From contig JBOZIK010000001.1 in NCBI GenBank assembly GCA_051453625.1, positions 45,753,363 to 45,814,220 on the forward strand: DNA of 60,858 bases, written 5' to 3'. Position 1 is the stretch's first letter. The number at the start of each line of letters is the position of its first letter. Shown piece by piece: positions 38,650-52,000 of the stretch. The notes beneath the pieces are model-generated. The model saw only the letters and a program-made list of their open reading frames with translations. It had not been told where the DNA came from and did not search any database. The position numbers and the translations under genes are program-made. This DNA comes from Welwitschia mirabilis. Its lineage: Eukaryota.

Positions 38650-39807
38650 ATGAACGGCGATGAGGTCAAACGCAAGAGCGGCAAGAGCGTTTATCAACTG
38701 GACGACGTGCAAGAGCTCGCCAAAGGGCGCCCCGCCAAAGTCCCGGAACGATACATCAGACCACGCGAAGAAAGAGCCTCCGCTACCGAGTACGACAACG
38801 ATGCCAAGATTCCCGTCATCGATATGAGGAAGCTTCTGCAACCGCGCTTTGCGCAGGAAAAGAAGGACGAGCTGGCCAGACTCTACTCTGCGTGCGCGGA
38901 CTGGGGAATTTTCGAGGTGGAGAATGCTGGAGTGGACAGGGGAGTGGTGGAGGAGATGAAGAGGCAGGGGATAGGCTTCTTCAAGAAACTGCCACTCGAG
39001 GAAAGAGAAAAATATGCAATGGAAGCAGGCGGCATCCAGGGCTACGGCCACGGCTTCGTCTTCTCGAAGGAGCAGAAGCTGGACTGGTGCGACATGTTCG
39101 CGCTCGGCACATACCCTGCGTCTGTGCGGATCCCTCGGCTGTGGCCATCGAACCCGCCGCGGTTTTCGGAGGCGGTGGAGGCGTATGCGCGGAGCATGAT
39201 GGCGTTCTCGATAAGCATTCTGAGGGCGATGTCGGAGGCTCTGGGGCTTCCTCCCGACGCCATAATCGAAGCGATGGGGCCGGCGGAGGAGCGCGTGCAG
39301 GCGGTGCGCATGAATTACTATCCGCCGTGCAGTCAGCACGAGCTCGTTCTTGGTCTACCCCCACACTCGGACGGGAGCGCAGTGACGATACTGACGGAGG
39401 AGTTGGGGGAGAAGGAGGATGAGGAAGAAGGAAAAGATGAAGAAGAAAGATGGGGGTTGGAGGTGGTGGACGGGAGGAGTGGGAAGTGGGTGAGAGTCGA
39501 AGTGAAAGAGATGCTTGTGAATGTGGGAGACAGCATTGAGGTGATGAGCAATGGACGTTTCAGAAGCTGCGAGCACAGAGCGGTGGTGAGTAAGAATAGG
39601 GAGAGAATGTCGATTGCGACGTTCCACGCTCCCTCTTATGCGACGACGGTGGGTCCGCTGCCTGCGCTTGTGGACGAGGTGCACCCCGCTCTCTTCCGTC
39701 GTTACTCCCACGCCGAATTCAACCGTCATTACCTCTCTCACCCCCTCAACCACAAGCACTCCCTCGACTTCGCCCTCCTTCCTTCTTCCCCTCCCTCTGC
39801 CTTTTGA
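38650..39807 (+). CDS. LBO: 2-oxoglutarate/Fe(II)-dependent dioxygenase (DOXC class), LBO-like/SRG1-related, intronless, 385 aa
   Basis: DIOX_N region (IPVIDM, ACADWGIF), NYYPPC, HxD (PHSDG), distal His (CEHRAV) and RxS (RMS). DDVQEL, KVPERYIR, QKLDWCDMFALG, VQAVRMNYYPPCS, PHSDGSA and C-terminal SLDFA match Arabidopsis LBO as recalled. The family call is very secure; orthology needs a phylogeny. Confidence 0.9.
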   Translation: MNGDEVKRKSGKSVYQLDDVQELAKGRPAKVPERYIRPREERASATEYDNDAKIPVIDMRKLLQPRFAQEKKDELARLYSACADWGIFEVENAGVDRGVVEEMKRQGIGFFKKLPLEEREKYAMEAGGIQGYGHGFVFSKEQKLDWCDMFALGTYPASVRIPRLWPSNPPRFSEAVEAYARSMMAFSISILRAMSEALGLPPDAIIEAMGPAEERVQAVRMNYYPPCSQHELVLGLPPHSDGSAVTILTEELGEKEDEEEGKDEEERWGLEVVDGRSGKWVRVEVKEMLVNVGDSIEVMSNGRFRSCEHRAVVSKNRERMSIATFHAPSYATTVGPLPALVDEVHPALFRRYSHAEFNRHYLSHPLNHKHSLDFALLPSSPPSAF

Positions 39808-39957
39808 GTTGACCATGTCATCCTTTTCTCTTCTGCGCTCGTTCCGCTGGTTAGATCGTCTACCCCCGGTTGCTCTCCTCACTTGTAGTATTGTATGCTT
39901 ATGCTAGTGTGACAGCTGAGTGATGTATGGCTATAGTGTATTATTATTGGGTATAAT

Positions 39958-39963
39958 AATAAA
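39958..39963 (+). terminator. Putative polyadenylation signal AATAAA
   Basis: Lies about 150 nt after the stop, preceded by TGTA-containing U-rich sequence. Confidence 0.5.
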
Positions 39964-40329
39964 TATGTAAAAATGGTTTGTAGTACCTTTTAGTTAATCG
40001 GATCACGATAGATTTCAAGGCGATTCTAATTCAACTTCCTTCAAAGTTTTTGAGATTCCTTAATTAAGAATCTAACACTAGTATAGGTATTTTATGACAT
40101 AGCTACCAAAGCCAAACGGCAATATAAAAATATAAAACATCAGTAATACTTTTAAAATTTTTTATTATTAAGTTAAATGTATTTTATCTAAGATTAATAT
40201 CTCTGTTTATTCTAATATTTTACAATTTTCAAGGAGTGTTAGATTTTGAACAGTGAATTGCTATTAACAATTGAAAGCATCTAAAATTCATACTAAGTAC
40301 AAGATTAAGAAGCATATGACAAGGCTAGA

Positions 40330-40449
40330 TAGATAATGCGAGAGTAGCTGAAAGTGTCATTGGCTTACGCTCTAACCCGAGTAGCATGGGGCACAGTGAG
40401 TCCTGTGTGAATCAGTAAGGACCACCTTGCAAGGCTAAATACTCCTGGG
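40330..40449 (+). pseudogene. rrn23: Plastid 23S rRNA fragment (NUPT)
   Basis: CCCGAGTAGCATGGGGCAC...GTGTGAATCAGTAAGGACCACCTTGCAAGGCTAAATACTCCTGGG matches chloroplast 23S rRNA domain I as recalled, with transitions. Confidence 0.88.
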
Positions 40450-41849
40450 AGAAAAAGGAGATAACCATGTAATCAAGCACCACATCATCATAAGCAAAGA
40501 TAGATTCTTTGAAAGTAGTAAAATAGCTTTAAGCATCCTTTGCTACATGATCCTTGAGTAGTATCAAACCCGTTCATAGCTTTTGTTGTCCATTGATTAT
40601 AGGTTGCGCAAAGGCTATCATGGGGGTCTAAAGAAAAGGATATGCTATGGAATAGCTAAATTCTAAGGAGGCACCTTGCTTGTGATTGAAATTTAGTTAC
40701 TTGAATGTGGGTCTAAAAAGAAATCCTTTGTAAAATGGAAGACTAAAATCTTGAGTCTAGAAAAGTAAAGTTATCGATTTGTTGAAAAGTTTCTTGCATT
40801 AATTTTTTTTAGATTATGTGAAATATGTAGGGTCTAAAACACTTCTAAGGGAATATATACTACCTTAGAAGGTTTGATACATGTTTAAGAAGAATATGCT
40901 TCTAATTTAGATGAAATACTTAAAAGGATATAAGAATTCATGGCCAAGAACTTTAAGCCATGAAGTGACTAGTGAAACAACATCAAAAATTATCTTGATT
41001 ATATTAAAAATGGCAAGTAGTGATTGCAAATCCCGTATGGGAAAGTCTTCTACTAATGAGTAGACTTTGATGGAGGAGATACTATAAAAAGTGGTTTTGT
41101 TTTAGTGAGACAAATAATTTCTAAATGCTTTGAGCTCTTAATATCCATTAGCACCTTAATTTTGAGGTATTCGATAATTTATCACAATGGTTCTTTATGG
41201 TTATGTCTTTCAAAAATATATGATAAGATTTTTTCTCTTTGATTTTAGAGATAAAACATAATTAGCTATCATAGAATTGCTAAAAGGTTTCCCATGAAAT
41301 CTATTAATTATTTAAGTGAAGACATGAAAGATAGATCATACCCCTATTAGACTAATGAGCTGCTAACTAAGGTCTTAAAATAAGTAATTGAAGTACCATT
41401 TAATGGTAACCATGAGTACATCTACAACATGGAAAAAGGTATTAAAAAATTCTCCTAAATTACCTTCTTATAAATCATCTTCCATGCATTCCAAAATATT
41501 TTTAGAATAGTGGATTCTTGAATCTTAACATCCAATGAAGACAAACAAGTTAAAAAGATAAATACCTTTTCATCTTCGCCTATTCTTGGAATACACAACT
41601 CTTAATTATTCCAAAACTAATTCATACTACCATCCTATGGGGTTAAAATAATTAGCTAACCACTTATTATGCTTTGTTTTTAGATCATAATTATAAGGTT
41701 AATTAGAATGCAAAAGAAACACATAAAACATATAACCCAATTTCACTTCATTCAACTTCTTTATTTACAATTTGTATCAAATTTCTATGTGCGTAACTAG
41801 TTCAATGTGTGGTGCAATTCCTAGCGTCAATTGTATTCTATCTTCTCCT

Positions 41850-42720
41850 CTATGACATGCAATCCATTCATTAGATTCATTAGGGAAATGGATTGTAGAA
41901 AATTATTATTTATACTTCAAGATATGGTTAATAGGATTATATATTACCATTATAAGATTGATGCCATTCATCTTTATTTTTAAGTACATAAGAATGTTGA
42001 AATCAATAGTATCTTTGTGCTTTTTTTTCCTTTCACAATAACATTTCATTCAATTTAAGTTGTTTTATTCATTAATTATAAAAATCAAGTAGTTAGATGT
42101 GATTAGCTTAAGCCTAATTTTTATTATTTTAAATCCACATCTAAAGCTTCCATAACATATCCTAAACTAGTCATGAATTAGCTTAGATAGTTTCTTATCA
42201 CTATCACCAATCTTTAGGAAAAGCATCATCTATAGGTAATGAGAATAAATAAGAATGTAAGGAGGATGTAATGTGAAATAAAGGATTACCAAAAACATTT
42301 TCTACTCCTCTCTTGTCCATAATCTCTAGCTTAAATTTGTGTAATAAAAAAAAGCATCTTGTAAGTTTATCTTCGAAATCTTTCTAACTAACTAGATGTT
42401 GAAGAGTAGAATAATAAATAAAGACCATATTTTTTTCACTTGTTAGATATGATGTAAATTTTTCTAAGGCAAAAGCTATAGGAAAAATTTCTTTTTTAGT
42501 TGTTGTGTAATTTAGTAGAGGACCTTGTAACATCTCACTTGTGTAATGAATAAATATGGTTTTTGATCCCTTCTTTATCCTAAGATAGCTCCTAAAGCAT
42601 ATCTCTTGCATCATAGAGTACTTCAAAATGAAGTGACTAATCATGTGGTTATAAAGCATGGGATGAAGTAGGAAGGGGTTTTCATGTTTTAAATGGGGAT
42701 TGGCATTTAGGAGTCAATGC
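41850..42720 (-). mobile_element. Highly degenerate Athila-type RNase H/integrase fragment
   Basis: ORF 42384-42659 contains LNYTTTKKEIFPIAFALEKFTSYL, compared with the consensus NYTTTEKELLAIVFALEKFRSYL. Confidence 0.75.
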
Positions 42721-44949
42721 AAATAGCACATTGATAATAGAAGATTAGTTAAGGATTTGAAGTTTTAGAAAATTCTTGAATGAATACTCTGTAACAAACA
42801 TCAGTTTCGGAAAAGATCATAATGATTAAATTCAAATACCCATAATTTTCTAAACATGAGTAATAAAATAAACTTAAAGAACATGATGTACTAAACAAAG
42901 TATAATAAAATTCATGAAGATAATTTAATTAATTAAACAATATATTTAATTTTTCAAATTTACTAAGAGAATTTATTTAATTTTGACTTAAATTTTAGTT
43001 AATAACTAGATTCAGAAATACGACCTACATTTTGACATTAAATCAAAATAAACTAAAGATTTTGTTTATGCAACAACAATGTATTATAAAATTAACTTAG
43101 AATACAATATTTAGTTAAATACTAAATTTAATGTCTCTGATGAGGATATAGCAATGTTTCTTTGGCTTTGTGGTTGTGGGTTCAGTTCTTGAAAAGTTCC
43201 TTTTAACAATAATCAAAAGAAAGTTTTAACTTTCATTTCAAGACTGTCTGAAAGAATTGCACTCCAATAAATCTTAATAAAAATAGCACTTTGTTTAAGA
43301 GAAAACAATCCTATACTTCTGAAATGATATTTTGAGAAGTTAAAAAATAAAAGTGCATTGTTATTACAATTAATACTCGTTGGGACGCTAAGGATTGAAA
43401 CGTTTTAGATCAGATATGCTTTGGGATTAGAATAGGACCCAGAACTCTGTGTCTGTGAAATTCACGGCAATGCTTTGAATTTTGGAGTCAGAAGAACTTG
43501 ATTAAATTTAAAGTTGTGTTGCTTCTGGATATCTCTATTTGCCCTTAGCTTCCCTTTCCCCTTTATCCTTGTTTCCCGGAACTGGGACAGGCCTTGAGGC
43601 GGGACCTGAAAAAGAAACGAGGACTCAATCAAGGTGCCTTCCAGAACTTCAATTTAGCAGTCTATGTTCTACGTATCATTAGCAGTTACTTGTCCAAGCT
43701 GTTGCCCACTCGTACATGAAATCTTAAGAGGTTGAGGGTCAGCAACCGCCGGACTAAGTCAGTGACAAATCCTCCCTATAGAATTGGTGAGCCATATAAT
43801 TAACGTCTCTGTTTTCAAGGTTCAAACAGACTTTGGCGTCTTGGATGCAGTTCTTGATGTTTCTTCAGTTGGCTAAGTTCTACATGCGTTTCTGGAGGCA
43901 GTTCGAATAATCGCCAAACTTCTATTCGATAAGACTTCACCCGCGCCTTTGTTCTTGACAACGAATGTGAAAACGCTACACAAGAAAAGCTAAACTATTT
44001 ACCAAACCTTATCACCAGACGTATGCATAACACGCAGCTCACTCTGCAGCGGCCACCGGCAGCCTCTACTAGAGAAATAAACATACGAAAAGCTTCGATC
44101 GCGATTAGAGGCTTCTACAGTAACTTCTTGCAGGCGGTTTTGATCTTCTGCCTGCGCTGATTATCTGAATTGATAGAACAACTGTTACAAAGTTGAGAAC
44201 GCTGACGCGGCTATTGCTGAAACGCGCCGGTTCTGCTTTGCTGGAAGCAAGACACCAATGAAAACAGGCAAATAGAAAGAGGACGAGATTTTATAGACAA
44301 TACCCAGGAACCGTTTCTGCTATTTTGCTCATTTCTTTGAAAAAAAAAATAAATCTAAATTTCTCCAAGAATTTCAAAAAGCGTGCATATTACAAATCCT
44401 TCAATATCATCATGTGTTTGTTATAAACTAGGAAAATATTTTTTGACTTGACAATAATTAACTATATATTGTAAGAAACAGTTAGATTTTGTTTTATAAC
44501 AAGATCCAAGAAATGAAAGTTTATCAGAATCTTTTTTATTCAAAAAACTTATAGAAGCTTATGCAAGGTTTAATTTGATTACGTAAGAATTTGGAACCAA
44601 ATAGAATTTGTTGAGAACCTGAAGTATTTATTGTAATATTCCTTGGACCTTAATGGTAATATTAAATTTCCTCTAAACTCTCCTTTAACATTAAGGCCAG
44701 AATGCAAAAAACAAATCCCTAATCGAGAATTTGAATCACACTAGGAATTTGAACAAGCCAATCACAACAACAGAAACATGAAAACACGCAAGCAACAATT
44801 TGAATGATTGCTGTGTTATTCAAATTGGAGCAGCACCAACTGGCTTGTGTTTTTCCATCATTTCTCTTCTTAACATTAAACATCAATGCATCTTGAGTTT
44901 CTTCCTCAAATCTTGAAAGCAACCTTTGTCACAATCTTTTGTTAAAAAA

Positions 44950-47785
44950 TCAATCTGCTATAGCTTTTAAGGGTAATAGTCAAGATTTAAAGCCCATCTT
45001 AAACCATAGTTTGAATAAAATGATAATTTAATATCAATACATCTTTTTCTAGCATACATAACAACATTTTTGGAAATTTCTATTGTAGAACAACTATTAC
45101 ATAAGAAATGCATAGGCCTACTATGAGGAATTATAGGCTTAATAAAGAGTCTATTAGTTCTTACCAATTGTTGACTTGTCAAATAGATAGTAATGAATTT
45201 ATCTTTAATAGAAGAAATAACTAAACAATATTACTTTTAATTTCCTTAAGAATAGGGGTTACCATCAAGCATCACTGCATAACTAGGTGCTCCTTCTATC
45301 ATTAAGACTACTAGCCTAATATGCATTAACATAGCTAATCATTACTTTTCTAAGCTTATAATTATTAGTAAAATTAGTAGAAATAGGCTTATATTCATGC
45401 ATTTTGCAATTTTTAAGCATATTAAAGCCATACTCACTTTGATTCAACAATGTGTAATTTAGGAATTACCAGACTTGGATTCCAAAATACTATGATAATT
45501 TTCCATGATTTATCATTTCAAACTCATTTTTCAGATCAACTTGAAGTTTATCAACATGATGCTTATTCATACTACAAAAATCATGTCATCAATATAACTC
45601 GAGAAAATGATAGAATGGCCTTTAATTATTTTCTTATACAAGGTTTTTTAAGCAAAAACATGTTTTACAGTCATGATTTTTCAGAATAAGAATCCTATCT
45701 AGAAAGACAATGCCTAGACACTTGTTTCAAGCCACATAGAGTCTTCTTAAGTAAATATACATGATATTTCATATCCTATTTTACAAGGCCTTGAGGCTGG
45801 AATATTTACAGTTGTTCTCTAAGAATTTCATTTAAGAAGGATGATTTAACATCCATGTGATAAACACTCATATAGGTTTTGGAGGCATCTCTAAGAAAAT
45901 CCCTCATTAATTCAAGATGAGTAATAAAAAAATACATTTCATCATTGTCTATACTTTCCTTCTGTACACAACCAAGAATAACAGGATGAACTTAATACTT
46001 CTTAGTTGTTTCATTAAAGTTATCTTTAGTTTAATAAATCCACTCTATTCTAATAACATTCTTATTCTTTGATCTAAGAATAAGTACAAAGTCTTGTTCT
46101 TTTCAATTTAGTTTATTTCTTCTTTCATCGTCAAGATAATACTTCTTTAAGAAAATATAAGTAAGGTCTTTTGAGATGAAACTATCAATACTACCAATCA
46201 CCTATAAAACAATATTATCACAAGAACTTTAAGTATTCAACATCCTATGAGTAGTATTATGGCATTAAAACAAACCTATTTTATTTATAAAGTTCTAATT
46301 CAAAGTGCTTTTTAATACATATTAATCCTAATCAAAGTAAGTTAGGACCTAGATTAAGGTCTTTCATTTCTCATAGTTATTCCAATAAAAGAAAAGCTCA
46401 TGAATATTATGATTCTAATGCTAAGACTTTAATAAGTTACACTATGAAACTACACTTTAGAAACATAGAAAACCTAGTGGAAATCTAGTTAGATGTGCTT
46501 ACCTATAAAAGCAAGGTTTCAGTTATGTTTGTTTTTACATTTAGAGGTTGTTTACACATACATCTATTTGTTTATAAGTTTTTCTAGTGTTACAATCAAA
46601 GAAAGGAAAGCTTCCATGACTTTTTAAACCCTTCTCTACTATGGAATTTAGGTTTATAGTTCTTCTTAGTATTCTGTTCAAGGAAGCTTCTAGTGTTCAT
46701 GCATATTTCACACTCTTCTTTTCTTTTCAAATCAATCTCAGAGCCTAAGACCTTTGCTCATTTGCCTTTTTCTTTACCTTTCCATATCTATTGCATTTTA
46801 TTATAAGAAGTAATGAATTTTCTTTAGCTCATCATGTTAACCATAACAACTAGCTCTTCATGTGTAGCATTTATTACATTTACTATTTGGAGGTAAAATA
46901 TTAGGGTATCCTCTACTGACACACTCTATGGCATGTAGTGGCTTTGTAGATGATAACCCATTCTATCTTCTTCATTCTAAATATTGTCCTTGCTTCCTAG
47001 GTTCATTCTTACTTTATTTAACTCTACATTTGTTTAACATTTAATTCCTATACTTTCCCCTTAACTATTTTATCCTTGCTTCTTCTCTTCTTTGTAGAGC
47101 CATCATCTACATTTTTAAGTTAGTTTTCGTGCCAGGTTTGAGTTTAGTAATGGATTTAAAATAGTGCAATTTCTACTTTTAGAACTATTATTTTGAAATG
47201 CTAAAAATTTGATATCTCATTTTATGAATCTGTAATTCAAAGAACATTGTAAAGGAAAAGGCTTTGGTAAAGTTAACAATGTAAAACTACAACTAGATTC
47301 ATATCCCATGCTTTTTTCTCTCATGTAACTTCTTTAATATGACATTCTATTATTGTCACCCGTACTTCCATCTCAATGAGTCTCTCATTGTCAACTAAGT
47401 TTCTCATTATCAATCACATGGTAATCAAAGAGAAAAATTTTTAGCACAATAGTTGCATTATTTCTTTTGAATTTCATGTTATTTTTATCATCAAAGCCTA
47501 ACCTATCCAACCTAAATGTGCTCAAGCTAGATTTCCTAGTTCTTGAGTGAATATTTTAGTGGCCTAGCTACTTAATATATTACCATGGCTGCTACTATTC
47601 TTCTTACACTTACTTACACAACTATGACTTTTGTGTTATCTTTCTCTCATAGTCCCCTCCTTGCTACTACTGTTGCATAGTGTTTTTTACTGTTACGTTA
47701 GTACTATCATTCTCCAATGTTAAATTTTTCTCTTTCTCCCACAACCCTTCCCTCCCTATAGCATCTGTGACTATGGATTTAGAAC
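44950..47785 (-). mobile_element. Degenerate Ty1/copia remnant (RT and RNase H recognisable; upstream extent uncertain)
   Basis: Minus strand gives VYHMDVKSSFLNEILREQL*IFQP (~45800-45865), YIDDMIF (~45575-45595) and KRCIDIKLSF (compare KHIDIRYHF). Confidence 0.75.
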
Positions 47786-49021
47786 TATTATGATGCCAAA
47801 TTATATGTTTTTTATGGGTATTTTAAGTAGGTTTATAGGACATTTAAATAGTTTTATCACAAAATGACGATTATTGAAAGTCAAGAAGAAAATCATGAAA
47901 ATGCGCAAATACTAATACATTTGAAGGCATTTTAGATTAATTCAGATACTTCACATTATAAGGAAAAATTAATGAGATTTAAGACCAATTTAACTTGATA
48001 AAGAGATTTAAGAAGGTTATCGTTCTCTCTATTGTTTGGATGACGTACGAGGATGACACCACTTACATGCTAACTAGGATGCTGACTAGATCGATATGAA
48101 AGCTAAATATAGAACTCTCTTGATATGACATTGTCTTCACCATTGTCCAAACGATACACAGGATGACAATCTAATTTTAGTCAATGTACCAAACTTCATC
48201 TAACTTGTGAAATGTGTCAGTCACTTTCTATGAACCATTAGGATTTTGGTTGCATCTATTAGATTTGCTAATTTTGAGTCTGTTGTTGTTAATAAATACT
48301 GCTTTTGCCCTTGACTCCAATCATCTTTTTTGGTAATAGAAATTATCATAACAAGAGATTAAAGGGAAGGAGGCCCATCCATTAGTTGTAGAGAGGAGTC
48401 TTCCTTGGTGATGGGCTATGTCTCCTCCATTAAGTGTTAGTGCTTTCTAACAAGATGTTGGTTTAACTATTAATGAAAATGTTCTTTTAGTTTTATTCAT
48501 ATTCAGGTGCATTTTCTTTATGATTTATATTTCTTTTGATTATATGATAGTTTCATTTGTTATATATGTCATTAAGGATAATATTTATTAAGGTTAAAAA
48601 CATTAGTTTAGGAACTTGCATTACATTTTATATTTCCTAGATTAATCATTACATGTTTTCATATTCTATTTCATACACTTGATAGCCTAGGTTGATTTGG
48701 TTAGTGATAGTTTCCTTGATTGATCTAGATTATATAGGGATGATCTTGATGATAGAGATTTGGTAGTTGAATAGATATTGCATTTAGGGTAGTTTTCATT
48801 TTGCATTTGCATAGTCTATTTATTTTTCTTGCGTTATTGATTTTCATTTTGAATCTTTACTTTGTGAAAAGAAATTTTCTTTCTTCTTGTGTAGTGCCTT
48901 TGGTAAATTATGACATCTGGGTTCACTCTCATCTATATTAGTGTGTTGTATTTATGCATATATTTATGATTAATAAAAATTGATAGAGGATGTAACATTT
49001 GCATAAATATGCACTACAACA
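47786..49021 (+). repeat. 5' LTR
   Basis: Colinear with 55965-57200 and ends in CAACA before the PBS. Confidence 0.9.
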
Positions 49022-49023
49022 TC

Positions 49024-49041
49024 TTAGCGTCATTACTAAGG
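49024..49041 (+). promoter_or_regulatory. Decayed tRNA-Asp-type PBS
   Basis: TTAGCGTCATTACTAAGG versus TTGGCGCCGTTGCCGGGG; every difference is a transition. Confidence 0.8.
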
Positions 49042-52000
49042 AAGGACACAAGGAGTTTGAGGATTATTGTTACACAGATAAGTGCTTTGGATTTCGATTC
49101 AGTTTCTTTTTTATGGTAGCATTGCATTATTACTGTAAATATCACAATTTTTTTAATGTTTTTTCATGTTTTTTATTTTTGATTTTACATTTTTTAAGCC
49201 TGTTATTCTATTTGTCATTTAGATGACATAGGTAGATGACAACCTAGGATTAGGATTTTTGTGTATTAAGTCGATATCATCTACTCTATTACCCAAACAA
49301 TAAAGGAAGACAACTGACAATAGGTTTATGTTCTGGTTTTCAGTGATTCTATTTTTTGTTTCCTTTTTTTTAGTCATTCAGGATATTGTTTAGACAAACG
49401 AATAGGTAGACATTTTGCTAAGCATGTAGGAACATGATTAAATCTAGTGAAAAGCTAAAATATCTGAGGGAATGAAGCTTACTCAAAAAATATCAAAAAA
49501 GGATTAATTAATAAAAATAAATATAGGTATGCATAACTAAAATATGTAATTTCCAAATTTGAAGAATTTTTTTTTTCTTTTATGATTCTAGAACCAAATC
49601 TTTCCAATAGTAGTAATGGAAATAATTAGAATAGAAGAAAAATTGTTTTATCCCCTTCTTATTAATGAGTAGTGTTGCTTAATACAAATATGATAGAACC
49701 CTCTAGTTCAAATATGAACATTACCATAGAAGAGATAATTACTAAAAGGAGATGGAAAAGATAAAAGTCTTATAACTTATCTTCTAAAAATGATCTAGAA
49801 CTTAAAACCAAGAATTCTTCTTATTTATCTTTCACATCTACTACTAAGAAAAATGATAAAAGATCACTATGAGAAATGTTGGCTAAAAGAAGAGCTGAAA
49901 TAATGAGAAGAAAACATAGAAATTCTAAGAATAATGGAAATAAAACACTTAGAGAAATATTTTAAGAATAATTTTGGGAAACTTCAAATGATGTTGAGAC
50001 TAGAACCCCTTCCTCTTTTCAAACCTCTTATTTTTACCCTCCTTCTTTTTAAACTTCAAATGACAATGACAATTTGCAACATTTTAGGGATTTCATTTCA
50101 TTTAGTAAAATATCCTACAATTATTTTTGTAAATTCCAAAAATCTCCCATGAGTTATTATGAAGAACAACCATCTTTCATGGATTATTGTGAAGAATAAA
50201 GTTCTCCCATCCATTATCATGAAGAAGAAGATCCATCTATCACAAGTTGCTATAAAGAAAGAAATAACTCAGTAACAAGAATAATTAAGAAAATTAAAAT
50301 GAGATAAGAAAATACCAATAAGAACTTAAAAAATTTGATTGAAATGTTTCAACAAAATTTATTACAAATTCAACAATCTCAAAGTTCTTTTACACAACAA
50401 ACCTATCTTACTACATCCCACTTTAAGAAACATGAGGAGAAATTTGAAATAATAAGTAACAATGATTCTTTCTTTAACATAGAAAATGCAAGTATGAATC
50501 AACCTACAACATCAAACTTATTAAAATATGGACAATAAAAGAAAAATAATAATGATTCAACTCTATTATTTAATAGTAAGGATGAAGGTGATTATTTCTC
50601 AGATGATAAGATAGGTTATAATCCCATTTAATTTCTATTAGAAAATAAAGATGAAACAAAAGAATTAACTCATGAAAATTTGAAAATTCTCTAAACCATG
50701 ATAAACATAATGATCACATTCTCCTTCTGATGAATCTAATGAATTAGAAAGTAACAACATACAACAAGATGATGAAAATGGTGAGGAAGAAGATGTTGAT
50801 GATTATATTAAAATGTTAGAACATATCTGTAGTTTCACCTACTTTATGATGAGGATGAAGGAGTTCAAAGTTTAAAATAAGTTCAAAATATGTTATTAAG
50901 GAAGAATTTACATAATGAAACAAAATCAGTGGAGAATTTACATTATGAAAGAAGTTATCCACCCATGTCATCTAGACGACAGTCTGAAATGATAGTCAGC
51001 AATAGTATCTTAACAACAGAAAATAAGGATTATAGTTTAGAATTAATAAAATTATTCAACAAAGAGGAAAAGGATTCAACTCAAGAAATATCAGAAAACC
51101 TTCCATTACATAATGAAGACAATAAGAACTTTTCTTTCTATGATCTTTTTAATAATATTTTTGAGGAATCCACCAACTTAGAAAATGAAAATAATTCTCA
51201 AATCAATAATGAATTCAATAAAAAAGAGCAATATAGTATCAATGATAGTGACAAAGATAATGAAGAAGAGGGAGATATTATCAAAGATAATAATGAACAA
51301 ATCAAAATAAGAATTCAACCAAGTCATGATAAAGTCAACAATGAGGAGGAGACAAATAAAGAAGAACCAATAGAAAATCAACCAAATATAATGAAGAATA
51401 GACTTATACCTTTTAATGAAACAAACCAACTTTAAGAGTCTACACATTTTTCTACATCTCTTTCACTTATACTTTCATGTAAAACATTAAATGACATTGC
51501 TTCTTCTACTCCTCCTTTCACATTATCTTGTAATCTTAATAAAGATAATGTTTCTTCCTCTCTCCCATTTAAACATTAGTTAATTCTCCAAATCACATTC
51601 CTCTTCTTGAATTTAATGAACACATTACCTTAAGGAATATACTTCTACAATCTCTCTCTTTTCCCTTTATAACTCCATGTAAAACTCAAAGCAACATCTT
51701 TTCCTATTTTACAAGTTAATTTTACCTTGTGCTTTTAATGATTACTCTTTTTAGAAATAAGACTTGGGATATCTTGAAACTCTAAATTGGGGTTAAACCT
51801 TATATTCTTGATCTAAATCTATGCTTAGAATTGGACATGAAGGATATTTTTAAGTATAGTAAACCTATCTTGATCAATCATCCTAAGAAGTTTCCTCAAA
51901 AACCTTGGATCAATAATTGTACCACTCATGTCTTTCATGTTTAGTATCAAGATTTGAATGAAATATATGTTTCAAATTCTTTAGATTATAAGTTTCATAA

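Noticed and set aside
39400-39452. Acidic insert as an unspliced intron
   Set aside because: Very short and purine-rich, with no good donor or U-rich tract, and it keeps the frame.
38614-39907. Overlapping and antisense ORFs of up to 241 aa over the dioxygenase
   Set aside because: Expected shadow frames of a GC-rich CDS, with no recognisable domains.
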